Of a stretch of DNA of 64,000 nucleotides, positions 50,163-64,000 are shown in pieces. Each line of letters opens with the position of its first letter. The first letter of the stretch is position 1. The DNA comes from Octopus sinensis (Eukaryota), in NCBI RefSeq assembly GCF_006345805.1, contig NC_043012.1, positions 2,356,001-2,420,000 on the forward strand, read 5' to 3'. Position numbers and translations under genes: made by a program. The notes under the pieces were generated by a model. The model was not told where the DNA came from. It saw nothing but the letters and a program-made list of their open reading frames with translations, and did no database searches.

Positions 50163-50439
50163 ATATACATACAATTTTATGAATCAACATATTTGTCATT
50201 ATTATAAAAGTCTTTCTATCTGAGTAGAATATTTTTGTCTGAGGCGGTCTAATTTGACTAAAATGTATCCGTCTACCTTGTTTTTATTTATTCAAACATT
50301 TCAATTAGTTGATTTTATTAGAGTTATTTCCCTTGTCTCTAGTTTTACATTTTAAACAGCTCCGGTTCGTGTGAATGAATGACTAATCTAGATAATCGAA
50401 GTTTTTCAACTCATCAAATTACATATGTGAGACCCAGCA

Positions 50440-51770
50440 AAATGTAGATAGAAAGAAAAATTGTTAGGGAGAAAGGTAACTGTCAGACAGGTAGATAGAT
50501 GAACTGGTAGGGAGAAAGGTACGTGCCGATAAATAGGTTGCTAGAGATATGTTGATAGGTGATTAGGTATGCATGTAGGTAACTGTAGAAAGAGAAAGGT
50601 ATGTATATAGACTGTGCAAATAAGCAGGTTGCTAGGTAAATAGAAGTTGATACATAAATTAAGAGAGAGAGAGAGAGGGAGTGGGGAGAGAGAAATAAAT
50701 AAATAAGGTAGAAGGGAGCCGGAGTAAAAGAATAAAAGAACCAAGTGGGGAAAAGAGGAGAAAGAGAGAACACGAAATAATTGGGAGTCGAGAACAAGGA
50801 TGATTGAAAGAAAATGAGAAGGAACGGAAATAGAAAGAGGTAAGGATATGGAGAGATAGATATGCAGATAAAGGTTGTTACAAAGAGAGAGAGAGAGAGA
50901 GAGAGAGGGTAAAGAAGGGAAGGAGAAGGAAAAAGATGATAATAACATAGAGAGGGTGAATAAATGAAAGTGATAGGAAGAGGGAAAAGAGATATAAATA
51001 GATCAACGGCGGTGAGGTAACGACAGAAACTAGAAAATCGAGAGGACGACAGAGACGGAGAAAACAAAGGGAAATACTAACAGTATGAGAGAGAGTGTGT
51101 GTGAAAAGAAAGGGACAGTAAATGACAACAGCTGCCATGCCTTTATTTCTTTCTCTGTATATTTATAGAGATAGATAGATAGATAGATAAAGAGAGATGG
51201 ACAGTGATAAATACATGAGACGCCATTAGAGACGGACAGAGAGAAGAAAGCAGTTTCTGAGAGAGAGAGAGAAGATTGGAATTAGAGAAAGATACGAAGA
51301 AAAGGGTAGAGAGAAAGAGAGAGAGAGAGAGAGAATAAAGGGTAGAAGTGACAACCGTTGTAATTAGAATGGTCAAAGAAAGACAGAAAATGACGTTGGC
51401 CACATAGAGAAAGAGAGAGAGAAGGGTATAAACATGACTGGTTGCTAGATAGCAAGCGATGGGAGAAGAAATATGGTGAGAGGGAAAGTGAGAGAGAGAG
51501 AAAGAAAGAAAGACGAAGTGAAGGAGAGAGGAGAAGAAGAAGAAGAAGAAGAAGAAAAGAAAGCAAGGGAGAAAAAAAAAGACAGTTACAAAGAGCTGAA
51601 GAGAATGATAATGTGAGGGAAAGGGAAAGTAGAGAGATGCAGAGAAGAGAGAGAGGGGTGCAGTTATAGCGTGTAAGAGAGTAAGAGTAAAGAGAGAGTG
51701 AGTGAGTGAGAGATGGAAAGAGATAGATTTACAGAGATAGACAGCGAGAAAAGGAGGGAACGGTTTTTCT
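50440..51770 (+). repeat. Polypurine (GA-rich) low-complexity tract
   Basis: About 1.3 kb strongly purine-biased + strand with (GA)n, (AGA)n and (GATA)n runs. Confidence 0.85.
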
Positions 51771-52128
51771 ATTACTACTACTCCCATCAGCAGCAGCAGC
51801 AGCAGTTGTATTAGTAGTTGTAGTAGTAATAGTAATAGCAGTAGTAAATATGTATGAGCAGTAGCGGCTGCTGTTTTAGCAGCATTGAAATAATTATTGG
51901 TTTTTGTACCGGCACCAATAGGACTACTACCAGCACAGCAGCACCATTATAATCTTAATAGACCACAGGCAGCGCTCTGGACTGTTGTTGTCACCACCAC
52001 CACCACCACCAACACCACTACCACGGTCATTCTGTCCAAAATCTCACGGATTTTCCACCCTGACCCTGACCCCCCACCCCTTCCCAGTCAAAGAAGACCA
52101 GTTGGTAATTACATACATACACACATTT

Positions 52129-52167
<39 letters not shown>

Positions 52168-52785
52168 GTATATGTATATGTGTGTGTGTGTGTGTACTTC
52201 ATTCCCAAAAATAAACCCGAAGTTAAAACTCCATAATCATATAACCCAAACCAAACTACCCGACTAAACTAACTAAACAAGCAAGCACCAACCAACCACA
52301 CATACACACACACCCACACCAAACTACCCCTACCATAAGTTCGTTACCATTATTTCTTTCGATCTGAGCCCCCCATCAAAGCCATAACAGTTCTCTCTCA
52401 CTCTCTTTCTCTCTCCTTATTTCCTGTTTTCAATTTTTACAACAATATGGACTTCGTTTCGAATGTCAACAACCTTTCATAAAGGGTAAGTCGCCAACAC
52501 CAATTATTTTATTTCTTACATACATGATGTTTATTTCGTGTGTGTGTGTGTGTATGCTGTATATGTTTCCGTTAAAAAAAAAAAAACGAGGAAAGACCAC
52601 AATTTAAAGCATAATAATACTCAGTGTATAAATGGAATCGATGTATATTTAAAAATACGTGTATATATCTGACCATCATTTCTACTTGTGTGTATATATA
52701 TCTTAGTTATATATTAGTGTATATATATATATATATATATATATATTAATTATGCATATTGTACACATCTTTCTAAGTCTGTTTC

Positions 52786-52847
<62 letters not shown>

Positions 52848-55726
52848 ATGCATGCTCAATTATTTGTTCGTCTTTCACCCTATAAAACAGTCAAATTATA
52901 AAATTGGAGGGATATTTTTCAATTTACTTATTTATAAACGATTATCATGAGATAACTTACGAACCCCTACGAGGTCACTGGACCTACTAGAAACAGCAGC
53001 TGAATCTTTCTCAAATGATACCCCCACTACCTTAAAACGAGGGAAGCCACGTCGGATACTGTATTTCTCGGTATCTCTAAAAAGAGGGATCGTCATGGTT
53101 GGATCAGTTTTGAGATCATAGGTCTGCTCAATCAAGGTTGATTTGGAGCTAACCAACAACAACCACTACTATCTTTATTTTGCTTCGTCTTCGTGTTGTA
53201 ATTTGATGATAATTATTATAATAAATTCTTTAACGTAAGACATTCAATGTAAGAGATATATAATTGTTTGCAGAGGGAACTGTGGTGTTCATGCATCATT
53301 CAGTTGTATCTGGTGTCGTTCAGTGAATGTAATAGTAATAATAATGATGATTTCTTAAGACATGAAAACTCTGGTTTAGACGGGAAATGAAATGCTGCTG
53401 TGACATTCATACTTTTCTCAAGAACATTAATGTGGCTAAAATAAACCTTGTTGGACTGTGATTTCTAATGTAGACACAAAACCAGAAATTTGGTAGACTG
53501 GTTGGGCAATTAAATCGCCCCCTGTATTAAGGCTGGTACTTTATTTTATCGATCCCAGAGGGGATTAAAGACTGTTGACCTCGACGGGGTTTGAACTGGG
53601 AATGTAAAGAACCGAAGTAAGGCGTTTTGTCCGACGCCCCTAACGTGTCTACCAATCAACTGCCCTTATAAATTAAGGATGATGATGAAGATAAACTTAG
53701 AAAATGTAAGCTTAAAATGTAAGAAATTTTAGAGGTTATTTTTACAATAAAATTTGAAGTTGTGGCGCTCATTACGTTAACAATTAAGAAAATAACGATC
53801 TTGATTTGTTGGTTATATTTATTTATTTATTGAGTAAAGTAGAAATGCATATAAACCTGCTAGAAATAGCAGTCAAATCTGCTGAGTGTGTGAAAGAAAG
53901 AAAGAGAGAGAGAGAGAAATTCTTTTCGTGGTTACTTGATCTACTAGAAATAGCAGTCACATTTCTTTCACATTCTGTGTCTGATTATAAGGTGGAATGG
54001 TCATGATGGGAACCTTTTATCACAGGGTTGCTCCAGCTAGATTGATCTGGGGGCTAAACGACAACAGTAAAATAGATAACGGAAGTTTTAATTTGATTAC
54101 AGATGCTTATTGAAGAAATTCAGGAAAAACACGAAGTTGTATCCATTCCATTAATTATGATGATGATAATAATAATAATAATAGGTTCTTTATTTGTCTC
54201 AAGGGCGTGGAATGGAGGGCATTTACATGGACAGGTTTAAAAAAAACATGGGATGGAGTTTATCAAAGGAAAGAGGAAAAAAGAACTAAAAAAAGAAACA
54301 GACGTGTACAATAATGACCATAACAACGATAGTTGTAGTATATTGATCATATCATATTCCGTTTGATATCGATTCTAACCCAGCAAATTAGAAAGTTTGG
54401 CCAAACATCTTGCTCACGCAAAATTTTTTGAACGTAAAAATGTCCTATGTTGAACGACAAGTTTTTTGTGTCGGTTGTCTTTATAGAATGGATTAATTGT
54501 TTGGTTAAGAGTTCTTATCAAAGAGGCATTGTTTAACCGTCATTTTTTGGCCCATCACTGCTGCCACGACCGCCTCTTCTTGTGGTTGTTCTTCGCACAC
54601 AATCCCTATATATGGTAATAATAAGGTGGGAACAGGGCAATTGGTAGTCGTATAAGATACCTACCTATCTACTAGCACACAGACATACATACACAGGTAA
54701 CTTACATATTCACATGTAAAACAAATTGCACAGGTGTATAACATATTACACACGTACAAATTCTCTCTCTCTCTTCACACATACACGTCTATCTATCTGT
54801 CTGTCTATCTATCTATCTATCTATCTATATATATATATACATACATACATACATACACACACCCACACACACGTGTATATACATATCCATATACACTACA
54901 CACATGCACACAGAGCACGAATATGCATTTGTATTTCCAAATGTATACACAAATAATGATGATAGACTACGTACAAATATTTAAATATTTGTAAATAGAT
55001 ATACACGCATATTCATAAACACTCACAGTACATTAACATATTTCATATGTACACACATAGCTTGTTATATATTGTGAACGTAAGGTACCCGTTGCCGAAC
55101 ACGCATTTAGATACACACCCGTATGTAAATTGTACACACATGTGTATTATTTATTCGTAGCCAAGACCCGCTTCCTCTCTCATCCATATTTCAACTATCC
55201 CTCATTTAATCTGTTATGACATATGTGAATCAGTCTCTCCGCCAGCCCTTCGTCTGCTTAAATCGACCAGGTATACGATTATTAAGGATCAAAGGCGCTT
55301 TAACCATGGTTATTCTATCTTTTACATTTCATGAATTAACGCTATCTCCTATGTCCCCTTTTTTATTATTGTCATTCAAGACAATAGGCTATGATTTCGA
55401 GGAGGGAGATTTGGCTGCTATTCTTCTAGCCCGTCGAACGCCCACGTAGTGTTTTCCATGGTGGCTTGTCTATTTCTCCTGTTCATCAACTGATCAAGCA
55501 GACCTATAAATGATTAAAGACACGTCAAGTCTTGATCATATATCCTTAATAATGGAACACCTTTTTAGGGTATCTAGGATATATTTATTATCTCGTATGC
55601 CCTTACCCACTTTTTGAGACGACGGGGTGTGTGTGTGTGATTCGGAGATTTCGTATCTGTTTCTAGCATGTCGTACGACTGCGTGGCGGACACCGTTGTT
55701 GGTTCATCCACTTCGAGAATCTGTGG

Positions 55727-55790
<64 letters not shown>

Positions 55791-56091
55791 CAATTAAGGA
55801 TAAAATCTTAATAAGGAATTTTGGTAGTAATGACATGTCACTCTTAGCGTGTGGCATTTATGTGTAATAATGCCCTCTATACAATATATATATATTTGCA
55901 ACATTTAATAAAGCCTGTCCTTGTATGAAACGATTGTACTAAAAACCTATCCATTCTTGTTGCTTCTTTCTCGCTTATAATCACCCCACATTACTGTATT
56001 GTTAAAACAGTATAGTTTTTTTTGGTGCATCTAAGTTAGGTACCATATTCAAGTAAATTCATTTAAATTAACTTGAATCTTTATTGCTTTT

Positions 56092-56128
<37 letters not shown>

Positions 56129-56614
56129 GTCTAGGGATAGATTGTGTGTGTTTCTCTATATATGTTTCTGTTGTCTGTCTCCACACGAGTGTGTGTATAT
56201 GTCATTGTGTTTGTGTACGGATGTCATCCGTGTCAATTAGCTGTGTCTCTTAGTCTGTGTGTGTGTTTGACATTCACCTGAGCATGTGGTCAGCATTGAC
56301 ATATACAACACAATAATAGCTATGTATGATGCGTGAAATATAATTTACACACAAACACACGTATATTTGTAAGTGTGTATACATGCAAATACACACATAT
56401 TTACAAATACAGAGAGAGGAGAGTTGCTTTTTTCTCTCAGCAGGTTTTCTTAGAAAGTAAAACACCGTAGACTCTGTCTGCTGTGTGTATTATTTTGTAT
56501 TTAAATTCACGGTCAATTACATCTACTAATCTTTTTCTGTGTGGTGTGTGCGAATGATTCCATAAAACTGTGTATCAGTCAGCTATCGAATCGATTTGTG
56601 TGTGTATGTATATA

Positions 56615-56786
56615 AAGTGGAAGCCGCTTATTGCGATCACTCTGGACAGAGCCTTTAAAAAATAACAACGACCGGTTGTTAACCTTATGTGAAGGCTATA
56701 ACAACACCCTGAGCGTACTTGGGATCCACTAATTTCGATAACAACTGATAACACTGTCCTGTGATTATAATAAGCGGCTTCTACAG
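56615..56786. mobile_element. Tc1/pogo (Tigger)-like MITE
   Basis: Inverted ends GAAGCCGCTTATT..ATCAC / GTGAT..AATAAGCGGCTTC within TA context. Confidence 0.7.
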
Positions 56787-58264
56787 TATATATATTTTGA
56801 AGTCGTTACTCAGTTTCCCGCCGCGTGCATTTATATAATCTTGTGTCTAGATAAAAATAAATTAGTTGACCAATGAAGGCCTAACCCAATCTTTAAATCA
56901 ACCTGACTGTTTGATGTACCTTTTCAAGTGAAGAGACTTAAGCCCCCCTAAATAAGTGACAGGCTGAGAAGACATCTACCTGTCTGGGTCTGTTGCTGTT
57001 TTAGTTTCTACTAGGAAATATTTGTCAGTCTATGATGGTTTTTTTTTTTTTTACCCGACTACATGAAAACTCGAACTCTTTTCCTACTGTAACCATCGTC
57101 CCATATAATTTATACATTTTAATTTGATAACAAAAATTAAAAATAAAGACACAGGTATCCCCTCTCTGTCAAGGAAACATGGATGAAGGGGGAAAATAAA
57201 TTGATTCGTAATTTATAATCGATGTTATTTCTTTCTCTGTCTCTTCTCTAGCGTATGACGAATGCATGCAATTCTAAATACGCATGTGCGAGGTAATCAA
57301 ATAGGGGGACCAGTATTCAATAGTTGACTAATTACAAACTGATCCCTCATTTTATGTTCATCCTTGTGACAGTTATTAAATATCCTCAAACATGCATTTA
57401 TTTATTTATTTATTTATTTATTGGCTGTCGCTTCATATTATATGTCTTAAATTGCAGAAAATAAATGAAAGTCTGTAATTAAGGATATATGAATTGGCCG
57501 AGCAAAATGTTAATTATTATAGGAAACAAAACTGTTAGGGATCGGTGTAGTCGAGTTAAAAAATCATATTCAATATATTGTTAGCATTTTTTTCCTTTTG
57601 GTTTTCTACGAAATAATTGTCTTTGTACCTTTTTCAGTTGAGAAATTGGTCACTAGGATAAATATCTTATAGATCAGACTGATCTTAGAGATGATGATAA
57701 TTAAAAACTGTTACATTACTGAAATGAATACCTCCCGCATCTATAAACTGAAAGTGGAGCCTGATTAACAACATCTGTTAGTTTGTTTTGTCTACACACA
57801 ACATTATCAAAAATAAATATACATACATGTTCAGAAAATAGATTTATATTTAAACATAATGAATGATCAATGACCCGTCCTCTAACCTATGTTGCATTTC
57901 AATCTTTTTTCTTTCCCTCCCGTCTGCCTTTTCAGTTCAGATTGCGTACATATTTCCTTTTAGTCAAATAATACTAATGATAAAAAGACATCTTTGTATT
58001 GACATTTCTTCATTAGCTCAGTTGATTTAACTCTTGTTATCACTCATATAAAGTCAAAGCTCGTTGCATAATACATTTCAGTTCATTTCTGGGCCTGGTA
58101 CCAAACTCCACACACGCATGCACGCATGTACCGTGTGATTTAATCATTATTCCAATTTTATATTGTTCTTCATCATTCTAAGTTGAAACGATTTCAATGC
58201 TCTAGTAAAATATATACATATACACACCCGCTCACGTTTCCCCCCTCCATTACAAATTATGCTA

Positions 58265-58316
<52 letters not shown>

Positions 58317-60479
58317 CCATGGTTATTGTCATCTATTTCGTTGATAATTTGATTAAATTTACAATGCAAGCAGGTAAGATTTGGCTGCTATCCAAGCCAA
58401 GTGATTGTCACCTGTCACGATACTGCTAAGGAAGCTGGCTGCGACTTTGGGACCCTTTTACAGACCGACACATCTACCTACCTACCTTTAAAACTAATAC
58501 ACTGCTTAAGGATCAACACTGAAATAATACTAATATCTTTTAATAATCGCTCCACTATTTTGGCATTTCTACAGAGAGATTAAACCAGCATGGAGTGACA
58601 GAAAATAAAATTAACTCCTGCCTTTCCACAGTAGCATCTGTAATGTGTTTAAGATGTTAATAATGTTTAGGTTGATGTAATAAATTCGAATCTGAATATG
58701 TCTCGTTTACTTTCAGTATTTGGCCAAGGCAACCTATTACTATCTCTCTTTTCTCTCCCTCCAAATCGTGGGCCTGAGAATCATACACTTATTTCTCCAT
58801 ATATTTGAACCTTCATCCATCCATGAGAAAATATAAATTACAATCTTGGCGAGAACCAACAACCGAAAGGTTTCGTCCTTTATGTAACCAAGTTTCCTCG
58901 TTCTGTCTCTCCTGTGAGACTTCAAAATAGTTATTCCCATGTTGTTCATACTTTATGTAATCTTGGTATTTATATACGATTAAAATCATTGATTTTTTAA
59001 CATTTTTTCGTTATCGACCGATTATTAACTTCATTACGGTAGCCTCTGGAGCGAGGATTGAGATCGTATGTCCTCATGTCCTAAGTATACTTTCTACTGT
59101 ATGTCCGGTTTTTACTGTTCTCTTCTGTTAATTGATCTGGCTAGGTCATCGTAATTCCTTCTTTAAAACTCATCTGTATAAGCAATATTTCTGTGCCATA
59201 TCTCGATTACTGCCATCATCCAGTTTCGGATCAAACTAACTTGTCACCTATCGTTTCGGTTTCAATTTTGCTGAAAGAAACACGAAAAAAAAAGCCCAGT
59301 TTCTTTTCCCTACTCGACTGAAAACTGTCATTATGTCACCAAAGTCAAGTTCTTCTTAATTACAGCTTATTAGCTAAAACGACAATCCTGTGGAATCCTT
59401 AAAATCTATTTTATCAGTCTAGGAATGTGTGTATGTATATATATATGCATGCATACATACATATATATATATATGCATGCATACATACATATATATATAT
59501 GCATGCATGCATACATAAATATATATATATATATATATGCATGCATACATAAATGTGTGTGTGTATATATGAGAGAGAGAGATACATAGATTGATGATGA
59601 TGATTAAAAGATGTAGTTTACTTTTGGAGGGGAAAATATAATTACGACAGTTGAATCTATTAAGCAAAAAAAAAAAAAAAAAAGAGGGGAATGAAAAAAA
59701 TTAACGACGACGATGACACACTTGTGATCCTTCTTTTAATATTTTATTTTCGTTTTCTTCTTTGAGAAAATACTAGTTGCTGCGACAGATCACTGGTTAC
59801 ATTGGAACGGCGGCAGCCGTGTAAGACCGGCTTGGTTAATATATAGACATGACATCACTTCCTACACGCACCTTCTCTCTCTCTCAATTAACATGCCAAC
59901 TTCTTGGATCTCTTTTAAACACTCCCCTTTCCTAGCACAATTCTTGTCGTTTTTACACATTGTGTCAGAGTCAGACCTGAATTTCGCTTTATTGTCTTTC
60001 TTCTAAGATGCTAAAAACGACTCTCTCGATTCAAAAATAGCTAGCTTATATTAAGTTAATTATTTCTTCGACTCGTGACTAACAAGCAAGCTCTCGTTGG
60101 CTTCACATACTTTTTTTTCCCTTTATTCCTTGTAAATGCTTTCTTTTTAAATAGTTCATAGCATTAATTGGTTGGCATACGAATACAAACATTGCCATAA
60201 CAAAGAAAAAAAAAAGTCGGTGACATTTAATTACGAAAGCCGTTAGATTTGATTATGTCATGTCTTTGCTTTGGAGCTTAATCGCAGAAAGTGTCCTGGT
60301 TCGCGGAAACAGTTCGAGAACTTGAAATCATTTCAATGATAATCATTATTTTGCATTCTTGTCATCTCTTTAAATTGGACTTATAGACAGATAATGGCAG
60401 AGATAGCATCACAATTTAGAGTACGAATCCTGTTTAAATAATAATAATAATAATAATTATTATTATTATTATTATTTTC

Positions 60480-60655
60480 AAATTTTGGCACAAAGCCAGT
60501 AATTTCGGGGCGGGGTAAGTGGATTAGGTCGACCCCAGTACTCAACTGGTACTTATTTTATTGACCTCAAAAGGATGACAGGCAGAGTCGGTCTCGGTGG
60601 GATTTGAACTCAGAACGTAAAGTGATGGAAAAAAATACGGTGAAGCATTTCTCCC
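60480..60655 (-). mobile_element. SINE family B
   Basis: TTTTGGCACAA..GACCCCAGTACTCAACTGGTACTTATTTTATTGACC..AAAGGATGA. Confidence 0.75.
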
Positions 60656-61784
60656 AGCAAAACTCTACTCGTATATCGAACAAAAACAAAAACAAAAAAA
60701 ACTATTTTTTTAATACTTTGTATATATTTTTTCTTTTTTAAAATTTTGTTTCTCCTTTCAAAATTGCAGATGTATGTGAGGAAATCATGAAACTCGAAAC
60801 CGTTCTCATTTGGTTTCAGGTATCGGCTGTAGTTCTTGAGTGGCAATGTACGAGTAACGTTGAAAGGTATCTTAGAAGAAGCCGCTTAAATGAGGAAGCT
60901 AAACTCGGCGGTAGATTTCGCATATCTCTTATCTCCTCCAGCAGGATACGAATGGATGAGGTGGTGGCGGGGGTGACATAGTAACACTTTATAAGGAATA
61001 GATTTCGATAAAGGATCAGGGTGATAATGAAATTCTTACTATCCACTACTTATAGACATGTTTGAATTAAAACACGAACTACACAGATTGTTGGTTACTC
61101 TAACATACACTGACATTAACCACAAAACGGTCGAGCTAATCTGGGAACCTTTTCAACAGGCATGAGGAACCTGTATAGTTACAGCGGCGAATAGTAAGTG
61201 TATCTGTACTGAGAAAGCTAATTACAAATTCCTTGTTATATAACTATATTAAATTACTGTTTTAGTTTTGAGGATACCGTTCTTTTTATCTTTTTTGTTT
61301 TGGGAAACTTCGTCAGTGAGCGGTTTCATATTTCAGTGGTCAGAATTGCCCACCCTTACTCTACGCGGTCACTCGACCTGCTTCAAACAGTGGTCAGCTC
61401 TCTCTGACAGTCTGCCCTTTAAAATAAAGGATATATTGGACAACGTAATCCTTGATATACTAAAATATGGGATCATCATAGGTGGAGCGCTTTGATCCGT
61501 AACTCTGCTCGTTCAAGGCTAACCTGGACCGAAACAAAAACACCAACCACCAGATTGTTGTATTCTCATTCAGTTGGCAAAAAACTCGAAAGTGTAACAG
61601 CTGCGTGTACTTTTACACTGAACTATCAACTTCTAACGCACGATTTTCACAAAAAAAAAAAAAAAATCTCGGAAAAAATCCGAGTTTTTTTTCTTAGTGA
61701 AAATCGTGCGGTTGTTACTCGAAAATTTGACCCTTTGTTTTGCTTGGGGGTTTACAAATTTTGATTACCCCAGTTAGCTAATAT

Positions 61785-61995
61785 TGTTTCAAATTTTGGC
61801 ACAAGGCCAGTAATTTAGTGGGAAGGGTTTTGTCAATTACATCGACCCTATAATAAATCAGCACTTTATTTTTTATCAACACTATTGGGGATGGAGGAAA
61901 GGAAAGTTGACCTTGGTGGAGTTTGAACTCAGAACATAAGCTGGAAGAACTTCTAAGCATTTTCTCCAATGTGTTAACGATTCTGCCAATTTGCC
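61785..61995 (-). mobile_element. SINE family B (degenerate)
   Basis: TTTTGGCACAAGGCCAG..GTTTGAACTCAGAAC..GATTCTGCCAA. Confidence 0.7.
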
Positions 61996-63687
61996 AAGCA
62001 CATTAAATTAGTGTTGAGTTTAGGGTGTATAATTCCAGAGGTATTCTGAAGCTTAGGTAGAAAGTAATAAAAAAAAAACAATTTTTTTATTACAAAGATA
62101 AAAAAAAAGAAAATTTTTTAGAGCAAAAGCATTGGAAAAGTAACCCAGACATGAGAGATAAGTTTACTTGAAAATAAAGTATGGGAACATGAGAAAACAA
62201 TTTTTTTTTGAAATTTAAATCCAGTTTTGATAGTATGTGTGTGTGTATGTGGTTATAGTATAGCTTGTTATTTAGCTACAGGTCAGCCCTGATTGAACAA
62301 ATCCATGACCAAAGGAAGTCATATCTAGAGCCCCATTATCCAATATGTTCCTCTTTTTTAAGATAAAAAAGTGTGATTTAATGGAGATTTGATTGCTATT
62401 TCTAGCTTCAGAAAATACAAGTTAAGATTACTAATCTCTAGTTAGTTTAGGTATTAAATGATGTGGGAGTGGGAGTTAGTGGTGTTAAAACATTGGTTTA
62501 GGCAGAATGGATGATGGCTGCTGTGAGGGATGGTTGAAGGGAGTGAAGAGAGAATAATAGGAGCTTTGTTTTGAGGGAGTACTCCCATTAAGACCTTCTG
62601 CTTGTAGAGTATACATTAGATTGAAGAATAACCAGCTGGCAGGAACAATTTTGTGAATGCTGCAAGATTGAAAGATAACGTGTTGAAAAAATGTGCCATA
62701 GTGTTGGTATTTGGTTCTCTTTTTAATAAACCGTTGGAGTGGGTAGGCATTGGGAATGTGTGAAATTCTTGGTTGAATCTGTCTTCAGTTTGAAAAAGAA
62801 ATTTTTTCCCAGATCTTAGTTTTCTGTATGACTGAGGAAAAGCACCTCAGAACATTACACATAGTAAATACATAAGTTGACAAAAATCCCCCCAAAGTTT
62901 GTTTAAATATATGAAAAGCAAGGGAGATAATTCTGACAAGATCAACTAACTGAAATTTTCTGAAAATAAAGACAGTGGAAATGAATCTGTGGACTTGTTT
63001 TAGTCTTGTTATAATCCTCCACAGCAAAACATATTTTGCTCAGTTGGTAAGGTTTAGAAGTGATCAGTATGTAAACAAACTGAGGGACTCTGATATTGTT
63101 GATTTAAATATTTAACAATATAGCTGAGAGAAAATACCACATAGTTTATACTATGAATGTTTCATGATTGTTAAGAGAGTTAACTGGAGAAATTTCCTCT
63201 TATATTTAGGTAAGCAAAAGCTAATCTTAGTAAAATGGTAAGTTGCGACATTCTTGACTTTTTCTATAGCATTTATCAGGATATTCTACCAAACTAGCTT
63301 GTAAACATAATTTCTCAGCTGGGGTTCACATAGCCACTGGGTTTTGGGGCTATGTATAAAAATGAGACATTTGGTGGGGTCACACACAAATTCAAATACC
63401 AGGTCTATCTTGTCTTAGTTCTCGTATTTCATTCTTTGTGCTAATTTCAAGACAATAAATATTGAATGTAACACTTGTGATATTTTGTTGCCTTTTCTCA
63501 CTCTTAATCTTGTTATCTCTAGCTTTAAGCCTGGTTACTTATCTACTATCAAAATCTCACAATCATTTTGGCATTCTATGATGAGATTATCTTCATTTGT
63601 CATAAATAAAACTGAGTTTAATTCAACCACAAATCTGACACTGAATAAAATGCCAGTCATATTTTTTTTAAGAATGCATATTATTAA

Positions 63688-63902
63688 CCCTTCAGTATAT
63701 AAAATGGCCATATCCAGTCCAAATATCCTACCTGTTTTAGGGTCAAACCAGCCAGATCCAGTCTCTTACACCTACTTTACAATGCCATTCTTATAATAAA
63801 CAAGCACATCATCAAAATCTTGAAGATACAAAATAATGCATGATCAATTCAAAACAATATGAATAAATTAATATTTGACAGAGAAATATGAATGCTAAAG
63901 GG
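63688..63902. mobile_element. piggyBac-like MITE, family 1
   Basis: TTAA|CCCTT ... GCTAAAGGG|TTAA; colinear with 8367-8584. Confidence 0.85.
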
Positions 63903-64000
63903 TTAAAGCTTCTGCTCAGGGCTGTTGCTATGCACTCGGCAAACTATGTAATTGTTGAGGTCCTTAAGTTGGTGTTCCCGCAAATAACTTACACCAAGTG

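Noticed and set aside
50483-51787. Hydrophobic minus-strand ORFs (194 and 214 aa)
   Set aside because: Consequence of a CT-rich strand lacking stops; no domain signature
62400-63660. Possible ancient minus-strand LINE RT remnant
   Set aside because: Only vague motif resemblance with many stops; not assignable by eye

Overview
Eukaryotic, AT-rich, repeat-dense genomic DNA, most likely an octopus (inferred from the SINE/RTE repeat families and TTAGGG telomere motif). The only well-supported protein-coding gene is the 3' part of a + strand MOB kinase activator 3 (MOB3) gene: five spliced exons at 4827-9783 with the Zn ligands intact and a probably long 3' UTR. The N-terminal exon(s) lie upstream of the window. 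Almost all long ORFs in the ORF track are artefacts of simple repeats. The rest is a mosaic of tRNA-derived SINEs, RTE/CR1 LINE fragments, Tc1/mariner relics, and hAT-, piggyBac- and GG..CC-type MITEs, several with verifiable target-site duplications and nesting. The most striking structure is a 7.7 kb block at 36069-43784. It has three [9-bp repeat + 22-bp repeat] modules sharing junction sequences, joined directly to about 1.57 kb of degenerate (CCCTAA)n, with the satellite on the side that would be the chromosome end. Other leads: decayed minimal Penelope-type hammerhead ribozyme motifs in MOB3 introns (one in a 154-bp insertion with an 11-bp TSD), a perfect 25-bp fold-back at a SINE insertion, inverted SINE pairs flanking MOB3 exons, and CpG-density boundaries near 29.6 kb and 62 kb. 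Coordinates were read by eye; repeat-family names are recognitions, not database results.
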